A stretch of 64,000 bases of DNA from Squalus acanthias (GCA_030390025.1 CM059433.1:29700001-29764000); one strand, 5' to 3'; positions 1 through 13,654 are shown, counted from the stretch's first letter. The notes: generated by a model not told the origin, from the letters alone. Numbers and translations: made by a program.

Positions 1-106
1 GATACAAAGAGTGGGAGACCACAGAGCCGCCTCTGTAGTCGAGAATCGCTTTGCCCGATTAAAGCGAGTCTGCTATCTCATTTGAAACATCAATATTTAT
101 ACCCTT

Positions 107-300
107 TGTGGTAACACAATACAGCTTCCTGTGACTCGAACTTTATTGCATCACTTCCTGTGATTAGTCCAGGATAAATACTGGACTGATCAGTTGGATT
201 CTGAAGAGGCATAGAGTAAGACCTCTTTTGTATGTAGCACCTTTTTAGTTGATTAAAGCTTACTTTAAGTTCACCACGCGTAAGGCTCATTCTTACGACA
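107..300 (+). repeat. 5' LTR of Gypsy element
   Basis: Direct repeat of 4353-4546; TGTGG...CGACA; ATTAAA at 252-257. Confidence 0.95.
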
Positions 301-378
301 ATTTAATCAACTTTGAAAAACTTCGCACTCAAACTTTTTGGACGAACTCGGAACTAAGGATCCAGGGAATCACCCATC

Positions 379-3300
379 ATGGAAAACATCCTTAAACCAT
401 CGCGTCTTGACTTGGACCCAAACACCCCAGCAGCCGGTAAGGTGTGGAAACACTGGTATCGCACGTTTGACAATTTTCTTGAATATTGTAAGGCTGATGA
501 TGACTCAAAGTTACGGATACTCATCAACTGTGTCACCCCGAATGTATTTCAGTATGTGGAGGAATGGGACAGTTACGAGGAGGCAATTCGGACGCTTAAG
601 AGACTATATACTAAGACACTGAATGAGGTCTATGCCAGACATCTACTAGCTACAGCCCAACAAGGGTCGGAGGAATCCATTGATAAATTCCTCCAAGAGC
701 TTCGCAGACTTAGTATGGACTGTAACTTTCAGGCGGCCTCAGCTGAGCTGTACCGTGAAGAAATGATCCGTGATGCTTTCATCTGCGGGCTTGCCTCCCC
801 ATTTATATGCCAGCGTCTACTGGAAAGTAAGACACTTGAGTTTCAGAGAGCTTATGACATGGCTTGCTCTCTAGATCTGGCAAAAAGAAATACAGACCTT
901 TATACAGTGCCCAGACCTCGGTCTACTGCCTTAACTACAGTCAGGCAATTTAAGAGGCCACAGGTGAACTCTATTAGGGAGGTCTTTATCCCTGACGATC
1001 AATCTGATGACTTCACTGAGGAAGAGGATGATGACCCCACTGTGGCAGCCTCTTGGCAATCTAAGAAATGCTTCTTCTGTGGTGATGAGTTTCACCCTCG
1101 GAAATTCTGCCCTGCTCGCAATGCGTTTTGCAGTTATTGCAACAAAAAGGGTCATTTTGCAAAGGTTTGCCTATCAAGAGCCTCTACGAGGGCTTATCAA
1201 GCTAAGTCCTACCGAACTGCCCCGGTAAGGGCCTATCAAGATGTTCCGGCTAAAATCTATCGTGCTTCCTCTCGGGTTTCCTCTCGAAGAAACACACCTA
1301 GAGTTTCAGCCACTCTTTGTGCAACGACACCAATTACAGCTGCTTGTCCTCAGAACCTATTCCATGCAGCTACAAAAGCATCAATTAATGGACATACTTT
1401 AGATGCCTTAATTGACTCAGGTAGCACTGATAGTTTCATTAGGGAACAGATTGTTGCAGAGTTAAAGCTACATGTTTTCCCATCGGACCAGGCAATTGCG
1501 ATGGCTCAGTCATCACTTAATACCAGAATTTCTGGCTTTTGTATGGTTGAAATAACACTTAATGGTCACAGGTATCCCTCCACCCGGCTTTCGGTGCTCA
1601 AGGATTTATGTAGTGATCTTATCTTAGGGCTGGATTTTCAAAAGCAGCATAAGAAGCTCACCATTGAGTTCAGCGGATCCAAACCTGAACTCACTATTTC
1701 TAATATACGACCTCGATTACCGTTCTGTGCATTGTCAGCAGCTTCACTGGATGAACCCTCACTGTTTACCAGTATCCCTCCTCGATGCAAACCGATTATA
1801 ACAAAGTCACGACGTTTCAGTCAGGAAGACCAGTCTTTTATTGCGGCTGAGATTTCTCGGCTTTTAGCAGAGGATATCATCGAGCCTTGTTCGTCGCCAT
1901 GGCGCGCCCAGGTCGTTATTGTTAAGAACCCTCTACAACCTCACAAGAAACGGCTGTGCATTGACTATTCACAGACCATCAATCAATATACGGACTTGGA
2001 CGCATACCCATTGCCGCGCATCGATGATATGGTTAATAAACTGGCTGAGTACACGGTGTTCTCAACATATGATCTGAAAAGTGCCTATCATCAGGTACCC
2101 TTGAAGGTCTCAGACAAGCAGTATACGGCCTTTGAAGCCAATGGATGGCTGTATCAATTTCGTCGCCTCCCCTTTGGGGTCACTAATGGGGTGGCTGTCT
2201 TCCAGCGAGCAATGGATGACCTGGTCAAACAGGAAGACTTGAAGGATACGTTTCCTTATCTGGACAATATTACTGTCACAGGTCGCAATCAGCGGGAACA
2301 TGACGCCAATCTCCAATGATTTTGGGATGCACTCCAGCACCGTAATTTGACATTAAATGCGGCTAAATCCATTGAGTCACAACCAACCATCAACATCCTT
2401 GGCTATTGTGTGGGCAATGGCATCATTAAACCTGACCCTGAAAGGCTTCGCCCACTCCAAGAACTCCCGCCACCTAAGAATCCGGCCTCCTTGCGCCGGG
2501 CCCTCGGCCTGTTTGCATACTATGATAAATGGATTCCTAACTTCTCGGACCGAATCCAACCTCTACTGAAGGCCAGCACATTCCCACTAGACACAGTGGC
2601 TGTTGCAGCCTTTAACCTCCTGAAAAAACAGTTGGAGAAAGCGGTCTTCACTCCATCGATGAGAGTCTTCCTTTTGTTGTTGAGTGTGATGCCTCGGAGG
2701 TGGCGATCTCGGCCACTCTGAATCAGGAAGGTCGTCCGGTGGCATTTTTGTCCAGGACTTTTCAAGGGGCTGAGCTACATTATCCTCCAGTCGAGAAAGA
2801 AGCTACAGCCATCATAGAGGCAGTACGGAAGTGGAGTCATCTCCTAGCTCGCCAGCACTTTACCTTAATCACGGACCAGCGATCGGTCGCCTTCATGCTC
2901 GATAATCGAAAACGGACCAAAATTAAAAATAATAAAATCCAGCTTTGGCGGCTGGAATTGGCCTCTTTTGGTTACACCATCCACTATCGACCTGGCAAGG
3001 AGAATGTGGCTCCGGATACCCTCACACGAGCGTTCTGCTCCGCCGTGGCACCCTCTACGCTCGTAGACATCCATGATGGGTTGTGTCATCCAGGCGTTAC
3101 TCGCATGCTACACTTCGTGCGGTCCCGAAATCTCCCATTCTCTACCGGGGATGTAAAGAAGATGTGCACGGACTGCAGAGTCTGTGCGGAATTGAAACCT
3201 CAGTTTTTCCGCCCCTCGGGTGGTATACTCATACATGCGACCCAGCCAATGCAATGGCTTAGCATCGATTTTAAGGGGCCGTTGCCCTCTTCAACTCGCA

Positions 3301-4334
3301 ACACTTATCTGTTGACCATGGTCGATGAGTATTCCCGTTTTCCGTTTGCCTTTCCCTGCCCCAATATGCTGACGACCACGGTTATCAGCTGCCTTGAGCA
3401 GGTATTTGCTTTCTGTGGCATGGCATCCTATGTTCATTCGGATCGGGGCCCTTCTTTTATGTCAGGAGAACTCAAGGCCTATCTCTCGGAACGGGGTATT
3501 GCTGCCAGCAGAACGACGCCTTATCATCCGGTCGGGAATGGGCAAGTCGAGCGTTTTAACGCTATCATCTGGAATGCGGTACGTCTGGCTTTGAGATCTC
3601 GGGGCCTACCCAACCAGCAATGGGAAGCAGTACTTCCAGACGCATTACACTCCACACGCTCCCTCCTTTCGACCGCCACAAATACGACGCCTCATGAACG
3701 GTTCTTCCGATTTCAGCGTCGCTCATCCTATGGGATATCTCTCCCGTCGTGGCTGACTACACCGGGACCAGTGCTACTCCGAAGATATGTCCGGGCGTCT
3801 AAGAATGACCCCCTGGTAGATGAAGTTGAGCTCACTGACGTCAACCCTACCTATGCCTATATTCGGTATCCTGATGGTCGGGAATCTACCGTGTCATTGC
3901 GGGATCTGGCTCCCTGCCCGCCGAAACATAGAGGGACACCAGGGGATGATATTGTACCAGGCACATCTCTGGGCTCGCCAGGTGCCTCTCATCACGATCT
4001 GGATCTGACGCCGGCTGGTACCTCACTCCAGCGTGCCGACCTGGGGCAGACTGACTATGAGCCCGTCGGGGCTCGCACGCGCAGCCACGATCCACCCCGT
4101 ACCGTACGCTCGGAAACGGATCTGCCACAGCCCTGCCCGACACCCGTTCGGGCACCAGTACACAGTCAGGATCGTCCTGACCCCTCACAGAGCGAGCTGG
4201 ATCACTCGGACTCTGGTCCATGGCCCGCGGCGGGTAAACGGGCTAGGGGCCCTCTACCGCTACGAGAACCCAAACGGGTGCGGCTCTCCCTCGTCCAGCG
4301 GCTACGAAATGGAGGGAGCATCCCGGCCTCCTAA
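379..4334 (+). pseudogene. Gypsy gag-pol polyprotein, disrupted by an in-frame TGA (2317-2319) and a 1-bp frameshift near 2645-2650
   Basis: Two CCHC knuckles (CFFCGDEFH..C, CSYCNKKGHFAKVC), protease LIDSGS, RT YLDN, RNase H ECDAS, integrase HHCC plus D(DFKGP)-D(HSDRG)-E(VERFN); ORF pieces 379-2319, 2347-2721, 2700-4334. Confidence 0.93.
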
Positions 4335-4352
4335 TCTTTTGAGGGGGGAGAA

Positions 4353-4546
4353 TGTGGTAACACAATACAGCTTCCTGTGACTCGAACTTTATTGCATCAC
4401 TTCCTGTGATTAGTCCAGGATAAATACTGGACTGATCAGTTGGATCCTGAAGAGGCATAGAGTAAGACCTCTTTTGTATGTAGCACCTTTTTAGTTGATT
4501 AAAGCTTACTTTAAGTTCACCACGCGTAAGGCTCATTCTTACGACA
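4353..4546 (+). repeat. 3' LTR of Gypsy element
   Basis: Direct repeat of 107-300, preceded by polypurine tract. Confidence 0.95.
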
Positions 4547-4989
4547 ATCTTTTTCAGTTGTATTTCCTTTAAGGTTTCTGCTGACCCAAGTTAATTATCC
4601 CTATTCATCTTTCTACTGACCTCTGCAATTATTTACTGCTACATTCGCTTGTAATATTCCAGAATCTTGTCGCATCTCCAGGTGTTCTGGGTTCACCATA
4701 TAAAACGGTGTGAAGGGCAGATGTCCCTTATTTTATGTCATCTTTACGAGGGCAGATGTTCCTTATTTTATGTGCCATCTTTACGAAGGTTAAATTAAAA
4801 CACCTTATCCAGGGTGGACCATTGTTTTTGTTCCCAAAAGTCAGCCTCTCGGAGCCATGCACCTTCTATTTCAATAAGGTTATTTATTCAGGGTCAACAA
4901 CTTGTCCTGTTTCAATAAGGCCAGAATTCTTTCATAAGATAGTGTATTTTTCTAAATAGGTTATATGGCTTATTCCTTCACAATGTATA

Positions 4990-6365
4990 CCCTCACATTT
5001 CTGGTATCATCCTTGTAAATCTTCTCTGTACCCTCTCCAGTGCCTCTATAATCTTTTTATAATATGGCGATCAGAACTGTATGCAGTACTCTAAGTGTGG
5101 TCTAACTAAGGTTCAATGCAGGTTTAGCATAACTTCCCTACTTTTCAATTCTATCCCTCAAGAAATAAACCCTAGTGCTTGGTTTGCTTTTTTTATGGCC
5201 TTGCTAACCTGTGTCACAAACTTTTAGCGATTTGTGTATTTGTACTCTGAGATCCCTTTGTTCCTCTACCCCATCTAGACTCACACCCTCCAAGTGATAA
5301 GTGACCTCCCTATTCTTCCTACCAAAATGTAATACCTCACATTTATCTTTGTTGAACTTTATTTGCCAATTATATGCCCATTCTGCAAGTTTATTAATGT
5401 CCTCCTGTAATTTGTTGCAGTCCTCCTCAGTATTGACTATCCCCCCCAATTTGGTGTCATCCGCAAATTTAGAAATTGTGTTTTTGATTCTAAAGTCTAA
5501 ATTGTGAACAGCAGTGGTCCCAGCACTGATCCTTGTGGAACACTACTACCCACCTTCTGCCACTGTGAATAGCTACCCTTTACTCCTACTCTCTCCTTTC
5601 TGACCTGAAGCCAGCCAGCAATCCATTCTGCTACTTGTCCCCTGACTCCGCATTCTCTGACCTTGTTCATCAGTCTATTATGGGGTACCTTATTGAAGGT
5701 CCTTTGCAAATCCAGATAAATTACATCTACTGCATTACCATTGTCTACTCTCTCTGTTACCTCTTCAAAAAATTCAATAAGGTTGGTCAAGCAAGACTTT
5801 CCCTTTTGAAATCCATGCTAACTATCCATTATTATATTTTTGGTTTCTAGATGTTCTTCTATTTTCTCCTTTAGTAGGGATTCCATTATTTTTCCTACCA
5901 CCGATGTTAAGCTGACTGGACTATAATTCCCTGGACATGTTCTATCCCCCTTCTTAAATATCGGTATTACGCTAGCTATCCACCAGTCCTCTGGCACTAC
6001 ACCTTTTTCTAATGAATTAGTAAATATGCGTAGTAATGCCTCTGCTATCTCTTCCCTAGATTCTTTTAAAATGCGTGGATGCAATCCATCCGGACCAGGG
6101 GTTTTATCCTCTTTGAGTTTGATTCGTTTATTTAATATATCCCCTTTTTTATTTTAAATGCACTTATCTCATTACTAATCTCATCATCCAATGTCATGTC
6201 CACCTGTTCTATGTCCCTGGTAAATACTGAAGCAAAGTAATTATTTAATATTTCTGCCATCTCTCTATCGTTACCTGTGGTATTATCCTATCTATCCCTT
6301 AATGGCCCTATTCCCATCCCAACATTCCTTTTTTTATTGATGTGCCTATAAAATATTTTACTATT
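4990..6365 (-). mobile_element. CR1-clade LINE ORF2 (RT) fragment, degraded
   Basis: Peptides PGNYSPVSLTSVVGKIMES, VPQGSVLGPLLF, KCEVLHFGRKN in minus-strand ORFs. Confidence 0.9.
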
Positions 6366-6367
6366 TA

Positions 6368-6562
6368 CACCAGGGAGAACTTTCCTGCTCTGCTTCGAAA
6401 TAATGCTATGGGACCTTTTAAATCCACCTGAGAAGGCAGACGGGGCCTCGGTTTAATGTCTCATCGGAAGGACGGTATCTCCGACAGTGCAGCACTCCCT
6501 CAGCACTGCACTGGGAGTGTCAGCCTAGATTGTGTGCTCAAGCCTTTGGAGTGGGATTTGAA
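6368..6562 (-). mobile_element. Deu-domain tRNA-derived SINE fragment (SacSINE1-like)
   Basis: Same sequence as copies at 9935-10383, 25665-26040 and 63155-63578; contains the GAGAC.TTAAACCGAGGCCCCGTCTG core on the minus strand. Confidence 0.7.
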
Positions 6563-6564
6563 CA

Positions 6565-6905
6565 CACAGCAGCTGAAGTCACGGCCGCTAATGGTGGAGC
6601 GATTAAAATCGGGGATATGCAAGTGGCCAGAATTGGAGGAGTCTAGATATCTCAGAGCAATGTAGGGCTGAAGGAGGTTACAGAGATGGGGAGGGGCGAG
6701 GCCATAGAGGGATTTGAAAACAAGGATGAGAATTTTAAAATTGAGGCATTGCCGGACCCGGAGCCAATGTAGGTCAGCGAGCACGTGGGTGAACGGGACA
6801 TGTTGTGAGTTAGGATATGGGTAGCAGAATTTTGGTTGAGTTTAAGTTTATCTAGGATGGATGATGGAAGGCTGGCCAGGAGAGCATTAGAATAGTTGAG
6901 TCTAG
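6565..6905 (-). mobile_element. L2-clade LINE 3' fragment
   Basis: LHWLRVRQCLNFKILILVFKSLYGLAPPHL peptide typical of L2 ORF2 C-terminus. Confidence 0.8.
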
Positions 6906-7100
6906 AAGACAGGCCTGAACTGCTCCAGTATAAAACTCAAAAAGCTCATGAAGCTTTCTGTCACCATCGATCCAGCTGCTTGTGTGGTCGTAAAACTCTC
7001 TGATTAATGATATAATTTCGGTCAGGATACCCAGAGATTGTAAGAGGAGCCATAGGCACTCTCTATTCAGTGAATCATAAGCCTCAAGGGTGGAGGGGCT
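6905..7100 (-). mobile_element. RTE-clade LINE RT fragment, old
   Basis: AYDSLNRECLWLLLQSLGI...FEFYTGAVQACLL resembles the RTE RT segment AFDSV.R..LW..L...G ... F...GVRQGC.L. Confidence 0.55.
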
Positions 7101-7852
7101 CGCTTGATAGCAATGTGCCAATTCTTGCATTTTCGGCTCTATCCGTCTTTCGGATGAGACGTTAAATTGAGGCCCCCTCTGCCCTCTCAGGTGGATGTAA
7201 AAGATCCCACAGTAAGAACAATTACAGCCATTTAGACCTTCTCCGCATACTCCAATGAACCAGCATGCCCGAACCACGTCAGCCATCATCAGCTTCATAC
7301 AGACCTGACCACCTTGGGTGAACCTGTGTAGCATAGCTCTGTCCTTCGTCACTGGTTGTTTCCCGCTCTGCACCACTAGAAGGTGTGGACTGGTTATCCT
7401 ACCGAAAAATCCAGGTATATCAGCAGGTCTTTGTGATGGGGAGTATATGGGGTCGGAAGCTCAGTTCGGGGTTGAATATGACGCCAAGGTTCCGAACAGT
7501 CTTGCTCAGCCAGAGACAATGGAGGTCATTATAACCTAACCCGCCCTTCGGGAACCTGATGGGACTGGGTGCAACACTGGTTTTACAACCTGCCCAATTT
7601 TACTCTACATTGAAGTCAACAGTTAAAATTGGATTAAAAATACCCGCAGCGGTCAGGGAGGGGGATGGAATCATTGGCGAGGGTACGGAGTTTGTGGTGG
7701 GGGCCAAGGATGATGGCTTCAGTCTTCCCAATGTTTAACTGGTGAAAATTGCGGCTCATCCATGACTGGATATCGGACAAGCAGACTGACAACACAGAGG
7801 CAGCGGACGGGTCGAGAGAGTTGGTGGAGTTGTAGAACTGGGTGGCCCATAT

Positions 7853-7940
7853 GTGAACCACCAGGGTTTCAACTCGATCAATGTTCAGCTTGTTTGTGAC
7901 CATCAACACAGAATCATGCAAATGAGTGCCCATTTCCATG
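7853..7940 (+). mobile_element. PIF/Harbinger transposase fragment
   Basis: NHQGFNSINVQLVCDH matches the Harbinger/HARBI1 NRKG.HS.NVQ.VCD motif. Confidence 0.65.
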
Positions 7941-9439
7941 CCCAGCAGCTGGTAGACTGCACGCTGAGAGTTCGCACTGAGGGTCTAATTAGGGCTGGTC
8001 CCAGAACATTCATTGAGGTTGGCCATGCACCACCGGGGCAAATGCAAAGCCCGCACCACGACATTCTAGTCACGCATGTGCAAATCACAGAAAATCTACC
8101 CCTGTGTGTGAATGATAGTATCGCTACTTCTTCAAACAAGTCGTTTTCTCATCTGCCTCAGTTTCCTGATTTGGCACAATCACGACTCTCAAAAAATTCT
8201 TTTCACTCAAGCCACTAAATTGGCTCTCACAAACAGCATTTCATTCAATCCGCCCTCTTGAAACAATTGCACATAATCCGTCTTGAGGGCTTCATTAATG
8301 TTAATATTACCATACAAGTATTTCCAACATGTTTTCATATTTCAGCAGACCAATAATCTACTTGAACTTTCTGAATACAGGAAGAGTGTTATTGTCAAAT
8401 CCAACCCAAATGTGCCACTTTTGTGACAGTAATAAACAGAGGTATTAGAGGGATCTGTTCAAACAAAGAGCCTGCATACTAAATCATAGTTTAACTATTT
8501 TTCTCAGCTTGCCTGATAAGTGAGAGCTTACTGCCCGCCTCAGTAATACTTTACATCCATTATCTATGTGCTTGCTCCTCTGAACTTTCTTCTCTTCCTT
8601 CTAAGCTTGAAATTTCCTGTTCTTCCTTCTCCCACATTTCACCATCTCCCATGTGAACTCACTGGAGGTAATTTTAACTTTGGGTAATAGAGTGAAATGA
8701 GCAATATTGAACTAGCCGGCCATTCCACTGAAGTCCAAATTGGGCGGGGCGTAGAACAGGCGGTCATTTTACACCATCGCCCAAAGTAAAATGACCCCTA
8801 TTCTTTCTATGAGCTCCAAAGAATTCCAAACCTCCCTCATTCTTTGTTTCTTCCTATAATCTACAGGGTTTTTTTTTAGGTAGCTTGACGTTACTTAACA
8901 CTACTGGAGTGAGGGTGTGTACTATATTATATTTATTGACTAGTTAGTTGTTAAGATACTGTAGCAGTTTTTGCAAGTGGTGACTGTGCTGATTTGGCCA
9001 ACAAGCTAACACTTAGGTATTTAAGTGTTAAAGTTATGGTCACTGGGTGTGTTTTGGTTGGTTTGACTTGTAAGTGGTAAATGTGCTGGAATTGGCTAAT
9101 TGTTGCTTGAGTGGGCTTAAGTGGGCATATGAAAGCAGGAAGGTATTTGAGCTGCCAACAGCGTGATAAATCAACAACGTGCATAGATGCAGTTAGGCCT
9201 AAAACTAAGATTGGCACTGAAGTGCAGTGGGCTTGAAGCTAGTTTTTGCTTACTTCAGTTTCTAAACCCATTTACTTTGAAGGCTTAGTGAGAGTCTGTA
9301 TTGTGTGGAATTTGCAATAATGCAGGAACTTCTGGAAACCATCTCTTTCCAGGACAACCATAGGTGCAAGGACCATTTCTCCTGGTAGACTCACTTAAGC
9401 TCAAAGTCACTGAGTTTGAGAAAAATTACATATAATTAC

Positions 9440-9810
9440 ACAGAATATGCAGCACAGAAACAGGCCATTAGGCCCAACCAGTCCATGTTGGCATTTATGT
9501 TCCACTCGAGCCTCCTCTCATCCTTCCTCATCTAACTCTATTAGTATAACCCTCTATTCCCTTCTCCCTCATATGCTTATCTAGCTTCCCCTTAAGTGCA
9601 TCTATACTATTCGCCTCATCTATTCCCTGTGGTAGCGAGTTCCACATTCTCAACACTCTCTGGGTAAAGAAGTTTCTTCTAATTCCCTATTTGATTTCTT
9701 GGTGACTATCTTGATGGCCTCGAGATTTGCTCTTTCCCACAAGTGGAAACACTCTCTCTGTATCTACGCTATCAAACCCTTTCACATTTTCAAAGACTTC
9801 TATTAGGTCA
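9440..9810 (-). mobile_element. CR1 LINE 3' end fragment
   Basis: Homologous to 20540-20900 and other CR1 3' ends in the window. Confidence 0.75.
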
Positions 9811-9934
9811 TTTGCAGACATTTACAGAGACTCTGCACCATATGGAAGACGGAAAAGTTTTCGAGGCATATTATGCAGGCAATGGCCAACCCAGTAACAG
9901 AGGGATAGTATGACAAGGAAAGGGACAGAAAGAA

Positions 9935-10383
9935 AGAAATGCATTTATCCAACGCCTTTCATGACCTCAGGACGTCCCAAAGCACTTTACAGCCAATGAA
10001 GTCGTTTTTGAAGTGTAGTCACTGTTGTAATGGAGGAAACATGACAGTCAATTTGCGCACAGCAAGCTCCCACAAACAGCAATAAGATAAATGAACAGAT
10101 AATCTGTTTAGTGATGTTGGTGTAGGGATGAATATTGTCCAGGACACCGGGTTGAACTCCCCTGCTCTTCTTCGAAATAGTCCCATGGGATCTTTTACGT
10201 CTACCTGAGGTCAGATGGGGCCTCGGTTTAATATCTCATTCAAAAGACAGCGCCTCCGACAGATCAGCAGTGCCTCAGTGGAGTGTCAGCCTAAATTATG
10301 TGTTCAACTTTCTCGTGGGACTTGAACCCATGACCTTCTGATTCAGACATAAGAGTGCAACCCACTGAGCCACGACTGACACT
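9935..10383 (-). mobile_element. Deu-domain SINE, near full length
   Basis: tRNA-like head (GGGTTCAAGTCCC on minus), Deu core and L2-like tail; several copies in window. Confidence 0.75.
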
Positions 10384-10799
10384 TCAATCAGTTTTATGCC
10401 ACCATCCCATCCTCCCAAGCCCAGGAATTTTGACCCCCAAGGGCTATAATACATTTGAAGGCAAGTGCAGTGTAACTAGTCTGTACTTGTCTTCCACATT
10501 CATTTCTTTGTCCCTCCCTCCTTCAGTAATTGTATGATATTGTTTTTCTTTTAATGCACAAAATAAATAACATGATGGATGCCAATTGAACTTTCAGAGA
10601 ACCTAAGTAGAATTAATCATTGACCAAATGGACAGGGATTTTATGTTTAACTTTTAATTCCATTTTAGTGCATGTTAATTATTAATGAGGAGGAGGGGAG
10701 AGAATCACATTACGGTGAACCCAATTCTCACTGCCAGGTGCATAAACTCACTTAGACGCAAGACTGAAAGAATTTGGTGCTGTAAATCAAATGGCGGGT

Positions 10800-11060
10800 T
10801 TAAAAGATCCCACGGCACTATTTCGAAGAAGAGCAGGGGAGTTCTCCCCAGTGTCCTGGCTGATATTTAGGCTTCAACCAACATCACTAAAAAAACAGAT
10901 TGTCTGGTCATTATCACGTTGCTGGTTGTGGGATCTTGCTGTGTGCAAATTGGCTGCTGCATTTCCTACATTACAACAGGCTTGAAAAAGTACTTAATTG
11001 GCTGTAAAGCATGTTGGGACACCCTGAGGTGGTGAAAGGCACTATAGAAATGTAAGTTTC
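10800..11060 (+). mobile_element. Deu-domain SINE 3' part
   Basis: AAAAGATCCCACGGCACTATTTCGAAGAAGAGCAGGGGAGTTCTCC...GGCACTATAGAAATG, reverse complement of the minus copies. Confidence 0.75.
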
Positions 11061-12679
11061 TTTTATTTATTGCCAGGAGAGAAGACAGAGGGACACCATG
11101 AGATAGTCAGTATGGATAAATCCCTTTATAGGACTAACAAAAACTAAAACAAAAATTGGAGTGAACAGGTAGAGCTGAGACTGACTAAACTAGCAGCCAG
11201 TGGCTTTCAAAGTCTGCAGGTAGCTTTTAAAATGCTGGAATGCGTTATGCATTTCCAGCATACTCTGGTTTCCCTTCAGCATTTGTGCTTTCTATCCCCC
11301 TCCTGTATAACACTGTGCAACAATTATATTGAGTTCTTTAGAAACATTATAGGCTGATTAAAAAGAAAAAAATCATCTTTTCTGGTTTGAGGGAGAAATA
11401 CCCATGAAAACCTTGGCTGTGGCTATGTGATTAATGACATCCCAGACTACCAGGTTCGGAAGTTCAAATCCATTTGAGTGTCTTAGAAGTCCTCCAGGGA
11501 CACCATCTGTAAACAGGTTGCTTAATGAGGTTGTAACCTGGCATAGTATCTGACCTTTCTTTCTATGATGAATGAAATGATTAAATGTGGGAAACTGCCA
11601 CAGTGATTCAAGGAGTGGGGGTGGGGGGGGGGGGGGGGGCGCCATTTTGTAGAACATCCTTCTAAATGCATTTTGCCCACAAGAAAAATATACCAGCTGA
11701 TGCTGGAAGAGAGTGGGGGGCAGTAGGAAAGGTCCTGTGCAAATAAAAGCATCCAAGGTCTTTATTACTTGAAGCAGAATAAAGGTACCGCATGTCACAT
11801 CGATTATTGGTCTCTGTCCCTTCGCAGCCTATTTCACCCTCGGCTAATCAGACCCTGTCAGGTTCCGTCGGAAGGTTAGACGGACACAGATGACTTTCAG
11901 CATAGGTTATAACCAAGGTGTTCGGACTCTGAGAGCGATTTGAGTCAAGTGCATCCCTTGTGGAGAGAAGTGATGTATTGCGGCCTACTGGTGTAGTTCT
12001 GCTACTGCAGCAAGGCTGCTGGAGAACGCTGAGAGAAAATTAATTGTTGATTGAGGTAAATTTAATTAAAATTCGTTTTACATTTATATTGCTCAGATTA
12101 TAATTCAAAAGGCCATTGTTCTAAAAGTTGTGAGGTATTAAAGTTCAGCGAACTGAGGATAATCATTTTAAAGTCACTTCATATCTTCCAACTCCAGGCT
12201 GGTAATTATGACCTAATCTTTCCACAATGGAAAGATTGGTTTGCAAATGGTAACCAACATCAGAGAGATAATAATCCTTTTATTTTTAATTTGAGCTATA
12301 TAGAGTCAGACATTAATTAACATATTCTAACACAATCGGATGTTTTGTGGCATTTTAAATATATTTAGTTCGGATGGCGTAAAGATGCAAACAAAGAAAC
12401 AAACAGATATTTAGGAAGTGGAACCTGCACCACTGTTTCCTCTCAGCTTCGCGCATGTGCGGCCGCGCAGTAATCTGCAAGTTCCCGCACAGGCCGCTCA
12501 CAAGCTTTTACATTGGAAATACCACGCATGTGCAGAAATTTAAAGGGACCGCGCATTTAAAGAAACGGGCTGTGCAGTGCAACCTACAGGGAACACTAAC
12601 CAGCACCACTGCCATCAGTGAGCTGTTACCAACTTGTTTTATTTCCCTCATTTCTAAAAGTCATACTTCCCCATTCAAC

Positions 12680-13200
12680 ACCAACAACTTGTATTTATAT
12701 AGCGCCTTTAATATACGTCCCAAGGCGCTTCACAGGAGTGTTTTCAGACAGAATTTGACACCGAGCCACAAAAGGAGATATTAGGACAGGTGATCAAAAG
12801 CTTGGTCAAAGAGGAAGTTTTTAAGGAGCATCTTAACGGAAGAAAGAGAGGTAGCGAGGTTTAGGGAGGGAATTCCAGAGCTTCGGGCCTAAACAGCTGA
12901 AGACACGACCACCAAAGATGGAGCGATTAAAATAGTGAATGCGCAAGAGTCCAGAATTGGAGGAGCGCAGAGATCTCGGAGGGCTGTAGGGGTGGAAGAG
13001 GTTACAGAGATAGGGAGGGGCGAAGCCATGGAAGGATTTGAAAACAGGGATGAGAATTTTAAAATCCAGGCTTTGCCAGACCGGGAGCCAATGTTGGTCA
13101 GTGAGCTCAGGGGTGATGGGTGGACGGGATTTGGTGTGAGTTAGGAGATGGGCAGCAGAGTTTTGGATGAGCTCAAGTTTACGAAGGGCGGGAGGCCAGC
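12680..13200 (-). mobile_element. L2-clade LINE 3' end
   Basis: QNSAAHLLTHTKSRPPITPELTDQHWLPV...GPKLWNSLP peptide plus 3' UTR. Confidence 0.8.
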
Positions 13201-13654
13201 CAGTAGGATACAATTCAGAGGAAGTCATGGTCAAACTGTATTGTGCTCTGGACAGACTGCACCTTGGGGGAGCTTTTCACTGGCTTCGCCCCAAAATTCG
13301 GGGTGGGTGGGGGGAGGATTTCCTGTCCCATTCCCATTCCCGCTCCCGATCCGGCCGACGCCATCCCACAAGGGGCCTAACGCTGGGCGGCCGGTAGCCC
13401 TTTTAATATGCAAATCAGGTCCTATATGGTGCATAGGGCCACGAATGTGAACTCGGGGGACAATCAGGCGGAGCCTGCAGCGGACAAACTCCGCCCAGAC
13501 TTAACTGGTGATACAGGTGAAGAGGACCAAAAGCGGTAAGTGTTAAAGTTGTTTTTGTGGGGCCAGGAGTGCAGCCCCGGGCTCCACAAGAATAATGCAA
13601 GCCGCTACGCACCCCCTCCCCGGCTCACCGCGCCCCCGGGTGAATGCCTGCTCC

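Larger units (their letters stand above)
107..4546 (+). mobile_element. Ty3/Gypsy LTR retrotransposon (Mag-like gag), full length, recently inactivated
   Basis: 194-bp LTRs TG...CA at 107-300 and 4353-4546 with one mismatch seen; PPT GAGGGGGGAGAA at 4341-4352; internal gag-PR-RT-RH-IN order. Confidence 0.95.

Noticed and set aside
2257..2268. RT motif YLDN instead of YxDD as an inactivating lesion
   Set aside because: I recall YLDN as a natural variant in some Gypsy families, so it cannot be called a mutation without a consensus
4715..4790. Two-copy ~36-bp tandem repeat (similar case at ~17980-18035)
   Set aside because: Simple local duplications without spacers; not CRISPR-like
11829..12055. 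Segment with acceptor-like and donor-like ends, possible ASRGL1 exon
   Set aside because: Stops in all three frames and no asparaginase motifs
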